The notes: generated from the letters alone by a model not told the origin. A stretch of DNA of 64,000 nt from Candidatus Tayloriibacteriota bacterium (GCA_009694955.1 SIBZ01000002.1:1418-65417), one strand, 5' to 3'; positions 7,339 through 16,896 are shown, counted from the stretch's first letter. A program made the numbers and translations.

Positions 7339-9144
7339 TCATACCAAGCGGTACACTCGGGAATAGTACGACCCTTTTTCCTTGAGAAGCGACTCAGGTG
7401 TTCCTATCTCCACCACCCGTCCGGATTCGAGTGCCACGAGCCGGTCCGCGCCGGCAATCGTGGAGAGTCGGTGAGCGATAATGATGAGCGTTATCTTCCC
7501 TTTTAATTCTTCAATCGATTGCTGTATCAGCTGTTCCGATTCGTTATCAAGTGCGCTCGTCGCTTCATCCAAGATGAGCAATTCCGGTTTTTGCGCGAGA
7601 ACGCGCGCCAGCATAATCCTCTGACGTTGGCCTCCGGAAAGAAGTACTCCTCTTTCTCCCACGACCGTTTGCCATTTCTCTGGAAGCGACATCACGAAAT
7701 CATAAATATGCGCCGTACGCGCCGCCTGTTCGATACCCTCCGTGGTTATTCCGTCACGGTAAAAACGGATGTTATTTTCGATGGTGTCGTTGAACAAAAA
7801 CACTTCCTGCGATACATAACCGATGCGCTCTCTCCACTCCCGAAGACGGATGTTTTGGATATCGTTTCCGTCACAAAGTACCACTCCCGAAGCGGGCACA
7901 ATGAGCCGGAGAAGCAAGTCGACGATGGTAGTCTTCCCGGCGCCGGACGGACCGATGAGCCCTACCGTCTCCCCTTTGGCGACAGAAAAGCTTACCGTGT
8001 GGAGCGCCGGCTCCTTGTGGTGGTAGGCGAAGCTCACCTCCTTGAATTCGAGCTTGCGCGCGAATGAAAACGGCTGTTTCCCTTCATCTTTCTCCGTCTC
8101 CCCTTCGGCATGTTCCATAAACCGGAGAATGCGTTCGAGGTACGGAACCTGCATACTGATTGCATGGGCGCTCGATTGTGCGTACTGCACGTTGCTGAAT
8201 ACGCGGTTCAGGGCGAACACGACAACGACGAACGAGCCGAACTCAAACGCGGATGTTTTATACAGGTACGCGAACAGACCCATCACAAAGAAGACGCCCG
8301 CGAGCGAAAGAAGCGCTGACGTGATGTTCTGCACGAGCGAGAGCCGAAGACTAAGTTTCCTCATCCGTACCCCGAACTCGCTTCCGCGTGCGAGGGCCTT
8401 CTCCTCCACCGCCATTGCTTTGAGCGTTTTCGCCCCGAGAATATGTTCATTGGCGAAGTGCGCCAATTTTTTCGTCTCACCTTCAATCGATTCGGAAAAC
8501 ATCTTCGCCTTTTTAAGTAACGGTAAAAAGACAAAAAAGATACCGCCGCCGGCAAGGACAGTGAGCAGTGCAATCACGGGAGAAGTATTCCAGACGAGAT
8601 AGCTGTACACGAGTAAATTAACCGCGATGAATACCGCGTTGCTCATATAGAGCAAGATGGAAGAGCTGTTGACGACGTCGGTGGTAAGCATCTGGTCAAG
8701 ATACCCAAGCTTCTGCGAAGAAAGAAACGGCCAGTGCGCGCCGAACGTGTACCGCAGTATCCGTTCGCGCGTCTTTTTCTCGAAATCGGTGTTCACACGG
8801 ACCGTAATCTGCTGGGCAATGAAGAGCACCGCCGCCTTCCCCACGAACAAAGCAAACATGAGGATAAACACATACTTGGCGGTAAACGGCAGACCGAGAA
8901 ACGCGAAGAGTTTGACGATACCACCGGAGATTGGGTCGGTCGGTATCGTCCCGGTGAGGATTGAGAAGAGAGGGATGATTGCGGTAATGCCGATACCTTC
9001 AAGCGCCCCACTTACAAAACTGAGGACGGTCATCAGTATGATTTTCCACAAATACGACCTGAACGCGCGCAGAAAAAGGCGCAGAAGTCCCTGCACCTGC
9101 CGTGCGGTTGTGGTTATAAGCGCGATTGGAGCGAAAAAATTCAT
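7339..9144 (-). CDS. ABC exporter, fused permease/ATPase (MsbA/PglK type)
   Basis: Six-TM N-terminal half. Walker A GPSGAGKTT, signature LSGGQRQR, Walker B LLILDEATSALD. I chose the ATG at 9144; the in-frame GTG at 9168 is an alternative start. Confidence 0.9.
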   Translation of the reverse strand: MNFFAPIALITTTARQVQGLLRLFLRAFRSYLWKIILMTVLSFVSGALEGIGITAIIPLFSILTGTIPTDPISGGIVKLFAFLGLPFTAKYVFILMFALFVGKAAVLFIAQQITVRVNTDFEKKTRERILRYTFGAHWPFLSSQKLGYLDQMLTTDVVNSSSILLYMSNAVFIAVNLLVYSYLVWNTSPVIALLTVLAGGGIFFVFLPLLKKAKMFSESIEGETKKLAHFANEHILGAKTLKAMAVEEKALARGSEFGVRMRKLSLRLSLVQNITSALLSLAGVFFVMGLFAYLYKTSAFEFGSFVVVVFALNRVFSNVQYAQSSAHAISMQVPYLERILRFMEHAEGETEKDEGKQPFSFARKLEFKEVSFAYHHKEPALHTVSFSVAKGETVGLIGPSGAGKTTIVDLLLRLIVPASGVVLCDGNDIQNIRLREWRERIGYVSQEVFLFNDTIENNIRFYRDGITTEGIEQAARTAHIYDFVMSLPEKWQTVVGERGVLLSGGQRQRIMLARVLAQKPELLILDEATSALDNESEQLIQQSIEELKGKITLIIIAHRLSTIAGADRLVALESGRVVEIGTPESLLKEKGSYYSRVYRLV

Positions 9145-9216
9145 CTGTCGTTTCCGTAAAAATGACACAAGCTACCGCACAAAGTAAAGTCCGGTACGCT
9201 GCGGAAAAACCGCGTG

Positions 9217-10248
9217 CTACTCATGATACCGGTCAGCCTCCTTGATAAGCGCGAGAAGTTCTTTCCCTGAAAGTTTCCGAGCGAATTCCGACGAGAAACC
9301 TTTGTCGCGTATACGCACGGGCGACGCGGGATAGGTCGCTTCATATTCGGCAAACGCATCTCCGTGAGGAGTTAAGATGTACATCGTCTTCGTTTCGAGG
9401 GCGAGAGGAATTTCATACTCTGCGAGTAACTTCTCATGCATCCTCTCTCCTTTCCGTTTGCCGATGATACGGGTCTTGACATCCGACGGCTTTTTACCGA
9501 AGAGCGGGCTGTAATACGAAATGGCTGCTTTCACGAGGTCGCCAAGACGCGCGGCCGGCATTTTGAGCACGAATACTTCTTGTCCCTTACCGCCACGCGC
9601 CGCCTCCAGCACCAAGGCGACCGCTTGCGGAATGGTCATGAAAAAACGGGTCATCGTAGGGTCCGTCACGGGAACGCTCTGTCCTTTCGCCACACACTTC
9701 TTGATAAGGGAGAGGATACTGCCACGGCTTCCGAGCACGTTGCCGAAACGAACACACGTGAATTTAGTCTCGGTGTTTCCTTTGTAGAAATACGTCGCCA
9801 AAAACAATTTTTCCGCCATCAGTTTGGAAACCCCGAGCACGCTTTCAGGCTCCGTCACTTTATCGGTGGAAATGCCGATAACCTGCGCGACATTCGCCAC
9901 GCGTGCTGCCTCGATGACATTTTGCGTTCCGACAATGTTGGTTTTCACCGCCTCGAATGGATTATACTCGCAGAGCGGTACGTGCTTCATCGCGGCCGCG
10001 TGGAAGACAATATCGACTCCTTCCATGGCGAGCGCCAAACGGTCCTTATCGCGGATATCGCCGACGACGAAGCGTACAACATCTTCATGTCCCACAAGCT
10101 CCTGCATCAGCTGGAAATGCAAGTCTTCATGCCGGGCAAACACCCGGATTGCCTGCGGTTTAAGCAAGAGCAGTTGTCTCACGATTTCCGAGCCGATGGA
10201 ACCGGTCCCGCCGGTTACCAAGATTGTTTTTCCTTTGAATATATCCAT
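9217..10248 (-). CDS. NDP-GlcNAc 4,6-dehydratase, short CapD/PseB/LegB type
   Basis: ATG at 10248, 343 aa. KTILVTGGTGSIGSEIVRQLL. Size and layout match PseB/FlaA1-type dehydratases. Confidence 0.8.
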   Translation of the reverse strand: MDIFKGKTILVTGGTGSIGSEIVRQLLLLKPQAIRVFARHEDLHFQLMQELVGHEDVVRFVVGDIRDKDRLALAMEGVDIVFHAAAMKHVPLCEYNPFEAVKTNIVGTQNVIEAARVANVAQVIGISTDKVTEPESVLGVSKLMAEKLFLATYFYKGNTETKFTCVRFGNVLGSRGSILSLIKKCVAKGQSVPVTDPTMTRFFMTIPQAVALVLEAARGGKGQEVFVLKMPAARLGDLVKAAISYYSPLFGKKPSDVKTRIIGKRKGERMHEKLLAEYEIPLALETKTMYILTPHGDAFAEYEATYPASPVRIRDKGFSSEFARKLSGKELLALIKEADRYHE

Positions 10249-10265
10249 AAAAAATATACTTAGTA

Positions 10266-11579
10266 TTATGCCTTTTTCCCTCCCGCGTGCATAGCGAACA
10301 CCGGTGCGATACTCCTGCCGACTTTTTTGAGTACCACTCCTTCGGCAATGTCATGCTTCACCTTACGGAGCGCCTCATCTACCGCCCGAAGGGTAAAAGC
10401 AATATGGTGCTCGCGGTGCGCGTACGTAATGTTCCAATAGGTGCTGTAAAGAATACCCGCGTCAATAATATACTGCTGAAACAAAGCACGCAGTTCGGGC
10501 GAACTTTCTCCGTTGTCTTTGTAAAACTGCATTATCGGACGGGGCGGGAATCCGACACAGGCGATTGAGTGCGAAAGACCGTGGGACTCGATGCTTTTCT
10601 GAATCCCCTTTTGCAGTTTTTCTCCCATTCGCCAGACATGCTTCAAAATACCGGGGTTGCGCTTCAGTTCGGAGAGCACCGCCTTCGCCGCCGCAAGCGA
10701 AAGGCATTCGCCTCCGTACGTGAACGAAAAGAACACATCCTCGGTCTTTTGCATTACCGTGCGCGTGCCGGCAATCGCCGAGAGAGGCATCCCGTTTGCG
10801 ATGGACTTGCCGAAGCACGAGAGGTCCGGCGTAACGCCGAAATATTTCTGCGCCCCTCCGCTACTCCACCGGAACCCGGTAATCACTTCGTCGAAAATAA
10901 GCAGTGCTCCATGCGCGTGCGCCAACCGTTTAACGTCGGCGAGAAATCGTCCCTTGGGATGCTCCGCGTACGCGGGCTCCATGATGACCGCCGCGACTTT
11001 CCCCGGAAATTTTGTAAAGAGTTTCTCGAGTGAATCGAGGTTGTTGTATTCGAACCCGTGCACCAGCTGTTTCAGCATACGAGGTACACCGGCACTGCGT
11101 TCGGTTGACACTATGTACCAGTCCTGCGCTCCATGATATCCGCAGAACAAGATGACATCTCTTTTGGTATACGCGCGGGCGATGCGCACCGCGCCGGATG
11201 TCGCATCCGAACCGTTTTTTCCGAACCGCACCATATCGGCTCCGGGCACAAGCTGTGTAATCAGTTTTGCGACCTCAAATTCCAGCGGGTGCGGTTGCGA
11301 GAAAATGATGCCGTCCTTGAGCTGTTTTTTGATGGCGTTATCCGTCACCGTGTCGGCGTAACCCAAAATGATGGGGCCGAGCGCTCCCATATAGTCAAGC
11401 AATTTATTGCCGGTGATATCCCAGATATACGCTCCTTTCGCGCGCGCGCTGAAGAGGGGCATTGTCCCTTTCCGGAATTGCCCCGGGGATTTGCTGAGGG
11501 TCTGGCTCTGATTTGGAATAATCTTCCGTACCCGCTCGTAGTGCAGAAGATGCTTGGCATACTTGTGTTCGTCTCCCAT
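10266..11579 (-). CDS. Class III aminotransferase (glutamate-1-semialdehyde aminomutase-like)
   Basis: ATG at 11579, 437 aa. HemL-like blocks GPIILGYAD, NGSDATSGAVRIAR, LIFDEVITGFR and FGKSIANG are present. Confidence 0.85.
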   Translation of the reverse strand: MGDEHKYAKHLLHYERVRKIIPNQSQTLSKSPGQFRKGTMPLFSARAKGAYIWDITGNKLLDYMGALGPIILGYADTVTDNAIKKQLKDGIIFSQPHPLEFEVAKLITQLVPGADMVRFGKNGSDATSGAVRIARAYTKRDVILFCGYHGAQDWYIVSTERSAGVPRMLKQLVHGFEYNNLDSLEKLFTKFPGKVAAVIMEPAYAEHPKGRFLADVKRLAHAHGALLIFDEVITGFRWSSGGAQKYFGVTPDLSCFGKSIANGMPLSAIAGTRTVMQKTEDVFFSFTYGGECLSLAAAKAVLSELKRNPGILKHVWRMGEKLQKGIQKSIESHGLSHSIACVGFPPRPIMQFYKDNGESSPELRALFQQYIIDAGILYSTYWNITYAHREHHIAFTLRAVDEALRKVKHDIAEGVVLKKVGRSIAPVFAMHAGGKKA

Positions 11580-11655
11580 AGTTCGTATATAACCTTTAAG
11601 AGAGCCGTTTTGTGACAGCCTATTCGTGTGCGCTATTCGTTAAGCGTATCTACCA

Positions 11656-12807
11656 TCAATAGGTTATCACCTTCTGGATATCTGGTAACCGGACGGTTTC
11701 GAGAATATGCACCACTTTCTTGGCGGTTTCTCCCTGGTCATACGGGTTCGTGCCTGCTCGCACGTGTTTCCTGAATGCTTCGTCACAAAGTGCCTTTTCA
11801 ATCGCTTTGCGTATCGCGCCTTGGGTATTGGTCACGTCGAGCACGTTGGCCCCACGTTCCCTTCGCTGTTGACGGCTACCTATGTTGACAGTCGGTAGAT
11901 GAAAGAAAGGTGCTTCGTGTATTCCGGTGCTTGAATTTCCCACGAGCACGTCCGCGACATTGAGCAGTCTCAAGAAATCTTCGTACACGATGTGGGGAAA
12001 CACCCTAAACCCCGAACGTTTGAGGTACGTGATGATACGTCGTCCTCCCGCATCGGTATTGGAATAAATGGCGATAACCGCCGCGCGGTGCTTCTTTGCT
12101 ATGTGTCGTACCGCATCGACGCTTGCCCGAATGTGTTGCGTCACGTTGCCGATTTCCGTGGTGACGGGATGTTGCGAAAAAACGATGACTTTTTGCTCGG
12201 GGTCGAAACCATAGCGTTTCGCAATTTCGGCTTTGGACGGATAGCTAATGCTCCGCATCGTGTCGAGGCTCGGACTTCCGACGAGAAACACGTACCGAGG
12301 GTCTTCTCCAAGCTTAATAATTCTCTCTCTGCTTTGGGGAGTCGCCACAAAATGCACATGAGCGAACTTGGTGGTCGCGTGCCGGAGTATCTCATCTATA
12401 GTCCCGCTCACCTCTCCTCCTTGTATGTGAGCGACGTGGATATTCATATGCATGGCGGCGATGGCCGCGGCCAAATGCGCACCAAGGTCGAAACCGCAAA
12501 AGACAATGTCCGGCCGGAGCCGCTCTATCACATCCGCCATCCCGATAAGCGCGCGACCCATACCTTTCACCATTGAGGCTCCGTCATCACGGTCATGTTC
12601 ACTAAACATCGGAACGGTCGCGTCGATGGAAAAGCCGTCTCCTTCGATGACTTTCTTCGTCTCGCCGAATCCCTTGAGCAAATGCGAACCGGTTACGAGG
12701 AGCTGTACCGTAAGTTTCGGGCTCCGCCTTGCCAGGGTGAGTATCGGTTTAAGCCGACTGTAATCCGCTCGGCGCTCCGTGATAAACAATATTTTTCTTT
12801 TTTTCAT
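11656..12807 (-). CDS. neuC: UDP/GDP-N-acetylglucosamine 2-epimerase (hydrolysing), NeuC/LegG type
   Basis: ATG at 12807, in an ATGA overlap with the neuB stop. N-terminus KILFITERRADYSRLKPIL...VTGSHLLKGFGET, typical of NeuC. Confidence 0.85.
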   Translation of the reverse strand: MKKRKILFITERRADYSRLKPILTLARRSPKLTVQLLVTGSHLLKGFGETKKVIEGDGFSIDATVPMFSEHDRDDGASMVKGMGRALIGMADVIERLRPDIVFCGFDLGAHLAAAIAAMHMNIHVAHIQGGEVSGTIDEILRHATTKFAHVHFVATPQSRERIIKLGEDPRYVFLVGSPSLDTMRSISYPSKAEIAKRYGFDPEQKVIVFSQHPVTTEIGNVTQHIRASVDAVRHIAKKHRAAVIAIYSNTDAGGRRIITYLKRSGFRVFPHIVYEDFLRLLNVADVLVGNSSTGIHEAPFFHLPTVNIGSRQQRRERGANVLDVTNTQGAIRKAIEKALCDEAFRKHVRAGTNPYDQGETAKKVVHILETVRLPDIQKVITY

Positions 12808-13853
12808 CCGAGATGATTCCGTTTAAGATGGGTATCCTTTTTAATGAAGCGTTTTGCCCTGCACTTGAGGACTCGTTCGAATTCCGAAGCGAGTATTTCT
12901 CCCGTACCCGGGCGCTTCACCCAGACATTGTCGTAGCTGAACGATTCTCCTTCTCTGATATCCCGGATGGAAACGACCGTTGCGTACGCGAAATCAATGG
13001 TCGGCTGTTCCTCCTTGAGAATTGTCTTCTTTCCGCCTAGCGCCTTCCAGATGGCGCCGGTTCCTTTGATGAGTTCCTGAAGTTCACCCGGGTCTATAGA
13101 AATGGGCACATCGGGACCGGGCCACTTTTTGTCGGAGGTAAAATGCTTTTCGAATATCGAACCGCGGAGCGCCGTAGCGCCATAACAGGTATAGTTCAAG
13201 AGAGAGTGGTCGCTGAGTCCATACACCGCGTCGGGAAATTCTTTCGAAAGCTCGAGCATGGCATCGAGACGCACCTTTTCGTACGGGGTCGGATAGAGCG
13301 ACGTACAGTGCAGAAGAGCGAACGGGATGTTCGATGCACGGAGGATGCTGACGCTCTTCCGTATTGACGCGATATCATTCATCCCCGTGCTCAAAATGAC
13401 CGGTTTCCCGAATGAAGCAATATGCCTCAGGAGCGGGTAGTTGTTGCACTCACCGGAACCGATTTTGTAGGCTTGAACGCCGAGCTTCTCGAGCCGGTTT
13501 GCCGCCGCGCGCGAAAACGGAGTGGAGAGATAGAGCATACCGAGCTTTTCGACATAGTCCTTCAGCACCTTGTCTTCTTTCTCGGAAAGAGCGCACCTCT
13601 CCATAATATCCCAAATGGATTCCTCTGCGTTCCCGGGGATGACTTTTTTCGCCTCGGGAGTCATCTCATCCTCTATTACATGGCACTGGAATTTGACGCA
13701 TTCCGCTCCGGCTTCATACGCGTCTTTCACCATACGCTTCGCTTTCGCGAGGCTTCCCTCGTGATTAATGCCGATTTCGGGAATAACAAAAGGAGGAAAC
13801 TCCTTTCCTATTTTTCGTGTACCTATTTGTATGTAGGGGGCTTTGTTCGCCAT
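12804..13853 (-). CDS. neuB: Nonulosonate synthase (N-acetylneuraminate/legionaminate synthase family)
   Basis: ATG at 13853 (MANKAPYIQIG...). The track start at 13871 is a TTG. EIGINHEG motif present. The C-terminal SAF/antifreeze-like part reads RDIREGESFSYDNVWVKRPG. Confidence 0.9.
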   Translation of the reverse strand: MANKAPYIQIGTRKIGKEFPPFVIPEIGINHEGSLAKAKRMVKDAYEAGAECVKFQCHVIEDEMTPEAKKVIPGNAEESIWDIMERCALSEKEDKVLKDYVEKLGMLYLSTPFSRAAANRLEKLGVQAYKIGSGECNNYPLLRHIASFGKPVILSTGMNDIASIRKSVSILRASNIPFALLHCTSLYPTPYEKVRLDAMLELSKEFPDAVYGLSDHSLLNYTCYGATALRGSIFEKHFTSDKKWPGPDVPISIDPGELQELIKGTGAIWKALGGKKTILKEEQPTIDFAYATVVSIRDIREGESFSYDNVWVKRPGTGEILASEFERVLKCRAKRFIKKDTHLKRNHLG

Positions 13854-13857
13854 ATCG

Positions 13858-14075
13858 AGAACCCATCTCAAAATAAATGGCTAAGACAAACGTTCAAATT
13901 TCTGCCGAAAAAAGAGAAGCGCGAGGAGGCAGAGCAAGCTCTGTTGACGAGCGATGAGCTTTTTGCAGGCGAAATTTGGACGCTTGGGTAGCCAAGCGAT
14001 TCGTGACACAATCGAATAGAAAAAATGACTTTAATTTTATTCATATAATGAGCGGTTTATTTTGAGATGGGTTCT
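13858..14075. repeat. Inverted-repeat-bounded element E2 (20-bp perfect arms, 178-nt interior) filling the SDR-neuB intercistronic spacer
   Basis: AGAACCCATCTCAAAATAAA (13858-13877) is the exact reverse complement of TTTATTTTGAGATGGGTTCT (14056-14075). Homologous to E1 at 197-381. Confidence 0.7.
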
Positions 14076-14077
14076 TG

Positions 14078-14908
14078 TTATCTCGCCGTCCAACCACCAT
14101 CCACCGTGAGCGACGCGCCGGTCATATAGGAAGACGCCTCCGACGCGAGAAACAGCACGGCTCCGTTGTAGTCGGTGTTCTGTGCCATCCGCCCAAGTAT
14201 GGTGCGCTTCTCATACGCGTTCACGAACTCCGCACCTTGGCCGGCTTCCACTCCGCCGAGGACGAGTGTATTCACCCGGATACCCGTCTTCTCAAATCCG
14301 CAGTACTCGGCAAGCCACTTCGTAAACCCGAGCATACCCGACTTTGCAACGCTGTACCCAACCGGCTTGTAGTATATATCCCCGTTCTTTCGCTTGAAGT
14401 CGTACATCGCCTGTTCGGGAGAAACGACTCCATACACGGAAGAAATGTTGATGATGGAGCCATTCTGTTTCTTCGCGTTCCGGTAAGCGCGTATAAACTC
14501 CTGCGATACGAAGAGCGCGGACGTAAGATGTGAGGCATTCATTTCCCTCCACACATCCTCCGGATAGTCTTCAAACAAACCGCTCTCTTCCTTCGGCGCA
14601 TTCGGGTGAGTTGCGCGTCCCGCATTATTGATGAGCACGGTAGGAGCATCCTTGAAGGTGTTCTTGATTTCTGCAAACGCCCGGACAACCTCGCTCTTCT
14701 TCGTGAGGTCGACAGCGACACAGAGCACTTGAGCGCCGTCATTTTGCAATTGCTGTATCTTCGGGTGTACTTCTTTTTTGACATCCAAGACTGCGACAAA
14801 CGCCCCCGCTTCCACGAGGATCTTCACGTATTCACTGCCAAGGTCGCCCTGACCTCCGGTCACGACGGCAATTGTACCCTTTAGAGAAAACAGTTCTTTG
14901 TTGGTCAT
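14078..14908 (-). CDS. Short-chain dehydrogenase/reductase (SDR)
   Basis: ATG at 14908, 276 aa. VVTGGQGDLGS, NNAG and YSVAK motifs present. Paralog of 1641-2399. Confidence 0.85.
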   Translation of the reverse strand: MTNKELFSLKGTIAVVTGGQGDLGSEYVKILVEAGAFVAVLDVKKEVHPKIQQLQNDGAQVLCVAVDLTKKSEVVRAFAEIKNTFKDAPTVLINNAGRATHPNAPKEESGLFEDYPEDVWREMNASHLTSALFVSQEFIRAYRNAKKQNGSIINISSVYGVVSPEQAMYDFKRKNGDIYYKPVGYSVAKSGMLGFTKWLAEYCGFEKTGIRVNTLVLGGVEAGQGAEFVNAYEKRTILGRMAQNTDYNGAVLFLASEASSYMTGASLTVDGGWTAR

Positions 14909-14909
14909 A

Positions 14910-15656
14910 TTATTGAAACGCGGTGATGTCCCGCTCGATTTCCTCCCGGTGTTTGCAGATAAGCTCGCCGAGGATGAAATCTTCCGGCGAATCGAGGTCC
15001 ACCGAACGCCAGCGCGGGACCTCTACTCCAACCAATTTTCCGCCCAAAAAGTTCCCCGACGCAAGCAAAGTGCTCACTCTACTTACGTACACCATCGAGC
15101 CGTTTTCGGCGACGGTATGCGCAAGTTCTTGTCTATTGGTGGAGGCGAGAAAGGCGGGAGAAGTGGTAAGCGTGAGCGCGCCTTCGGGACTGTGTACGAA
15201 CACGCGAGGCTCCACTCTGGAGACGGTGATTGCGGAATCCGCCTGTTCTTTCAAGAGAAGTTCAATTGTCGCGTCGATGTCTTGTGCCGTCCGGAGCGGA
15301 GAGGTTGGTTGCAGGAGGACGACGTAGTTTGGCGCGTATCCTTCGCGTTCTTGCAACAACTTTAGCGAATGCGCCACCGCATCGAATACCTTGCTCGTAT
15401 CTTGCGCGAGCTCTAGGGGGCGCAGGAACGGCACCTCTGCTCCGAATTCTTTCGCGAGCTTGGCGATCTCTTCCGATTCGGTCGAGACGATGATGCGGGA
15501 AAGTTTTCGTGATTTCTTCGCCTCCCGAATCGTATGGCTGATGAGTGGTTCACCGCAAAAAAGCCGAGTATTCTTCCCCGGTATTCCCTTACTTCCCCCG
15601 CGGGCGGGGATAATGCCAAGAAACGTAGGTGTCGTGTTCATCATGTCGAAATCCAT
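14910..15656 (-). CDS. neuA: Acylneuraminate (nonulosonate) cytidylyltransferase, second copy
   Basis: ATG at 15656, with in-frame ATGs at 15644 and 15641 also possible. GIIPARGGSKGIPGKN and LLQPTSPLR motifs present. Confidence 0.85.
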   Translation of the reverse strand: MDFDMMNTTPTFLGIIPARGGSKGIPGKNTRLFCGEPLISHTIREAKKSRKLSRIIVSTESEEIAKLAKEFGAEVPFLRPLELAQDTSKVFDAVAHSLKLLQEREGYAPNYVVLLQPTSPLRTAQDIDATIELLLKEQADSAITVSRVEPRVFVHSPEGALTLTTSPAFLASTNRQELAHTVAENGSMVYVSRVSTLLASGNFLGGKLVGVEVPRWRSVDLDSPEDFILGELICKHREEIERDITAFQ

Positions 15657-15669
15657 CAGTACGCTTCCA

Positions 15670-16896
15670 CTACTCTTGATACTTCAGCTTCCAGGCTCCT
15701 TTTTCTTTTTCCCACAAGTGAGGCGCGCGGAACGAATCGATGGTGTCGGTAAATTCTTTTTCCGAAAGCCCGATGTAGTCCAGAAATTCCGGAAAGTACC
15801 GTTTGGGAAATTCTCCGTCGAAACGCTTGATGAGTGTCGATCCTTCTTCCTTCGTAATGTGCTCGTTGCGTATCTCCTGCGAGGCATCGTACCGCGCCCT
15901 CCCGAAACCGAATTTGATAAACGTCGTGTAATAGAAAAAGCCGTCGGTCTTGTCGTCGATGCTGTTGTACTTCGAGTAGGTTCCCTCGGTACGCACCGGA
16001 TTCGCCTCAAAACCCGTATGTTTGACCGCGTAATAGTAGCACTCCTGCGGTACCCACTTCAGATAGTAACCGAGGTAATGGAACTCTATGTTGTGTTGCC
16101 TGAGTATCTCTGGATCGGCCGGAAGGAACGGGGCAAGGTCTCCATACGTCAGTCCTTCGTTAAAATAGTCAGCAAGCGATTTCCCTCCCAGAAAGACGGT
16201 CTCGGGCGGGTCGGTCGGCTTCGCGTAATCAAGACGGTATCCCTTCTCGTCCTTCGAACCCCCCATCACGAACTTCTTTTGGCTGACGGACACTTTGTCG
16301 CCGTACTCGCCTTGATTCTCACCGTAGAAGATGAGCTTGATGCCGAAACGCGCGGCAACTTTCGGAGCGAACGTCTTTTGTCCGAGAATGAACGGCTGAA
16401 ACGGGTGAAGCAGATTTAAAAACGCATTGCGCGCCAGCAAGCGGTGTATCTTCCCGTTTGGAGAAAACAGGTAATTATCGAACCCGCCGACGTGTATCCA
16501 GTTCTGAAAATTTTTCCAACCGATGTCGGTATACAGATGCGGAGTCCAGGTCACGGTGAGCGGATGCATTCCGTACTTGTATTTCAGGACGTGCGAGGCG
16601 TACGCGCTGTCCTTACCTCCGCTCCCTGGAACAAGACAGTCGAACGAACCGTCGGTGGAACGGTACTGCGCAAGAAGTTCGAGAAGTTCTTTCTCGCGCG
16701 CCTGCCAATCAATCACTCCATTCTTACGGGACTCAAAGAACCGGCACGCGGCACAAATACCATCCGCGTCAAACTTGATATAGTCATGCTTCATCTCGGG
16801 CGTATGTTTGAACTCGTTGCACGCGAGAGGTTGCGCGTTCGAGGCAAGACATCGTCCGCAGAATTTAATTTTTTCCGGCAGTCCGTAGGGAGGCAT
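15670..16896 (-). CDS. N-acetyl sugar amidotransferase (WbpG/WbuX/PseA type, PP-loop ATPase)
   Basis: ATG at 16896 (MPPYGLPEKIKFCGRC). The track extension to 17088 was rejected. Has an N-terminal Cys-rich ribbon (CGRC...CAAC) and the PP-loop SGGKDS. Lies next to hisH/hisF paralogs. Confidence 0.8.
   Translation of the reverse strand: MPPYGLPEKIKFCGRCLASNAQPLACNEFKHTPEMKHDYIKFDADGICAACRFFESRKNGVIDWQAREKELLELLAQYRSTDGSFDCLVPGSGGKDSAYASHVLKYKYGMHPLTVTWTPHLYTDIGWKNFQNWIHVGGFDNYLFSPNGKIHRLLARNAFLNLLHPFQPFILGQKTFAPKVAARFGIKLIFYGENQGEYGDKVSVSQKKFVMGGSKDEKGYRLDYAKPTDPPETVFLGGKSLADYFNEGLTYGDLAPFLPADPEILRQHNIEFHYLGYYLKWVPQECYYYAVKHTGFEANPVRTEGTYSKYNSIDDKTDGFFYYTTFIKFGFGRARYDASQEIRNEHITKEEGSTLIKRFDGEFPKRYFPEFLDYIGLSEKEFTDTIDSFRAPHLWEKEKGAWKLKYQE

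Noticed and set aside
13877-13957. 26-codon plus-strand mini-ORF inside E2 (MAKTNVQISAEKREARGGRASSVDER), vaguely reminiscent of a ribosomal protein L25 N-terminus
   Set aside because: It has no ribosome-binding site. It lies on the strand opposite the operon. The homologous position in E1 has only a 7-codon ORF (ATGGTGCAGACGAGGGAGGTGTAG), so coding potential is not conserved between the two copies.
15391-16419. 342-aa plus-strand ORF, the longest antisense ORF in the track
   Set aside because: It lies entirely opposite the neuA paralog and the WbpG-type amidotransferase, both of which carry clear family motifs. The translation is Arg/Ser/Pro/Leu-rich with no motif. This is a typical shadow ORF in moderately GC-rich coding DNA.
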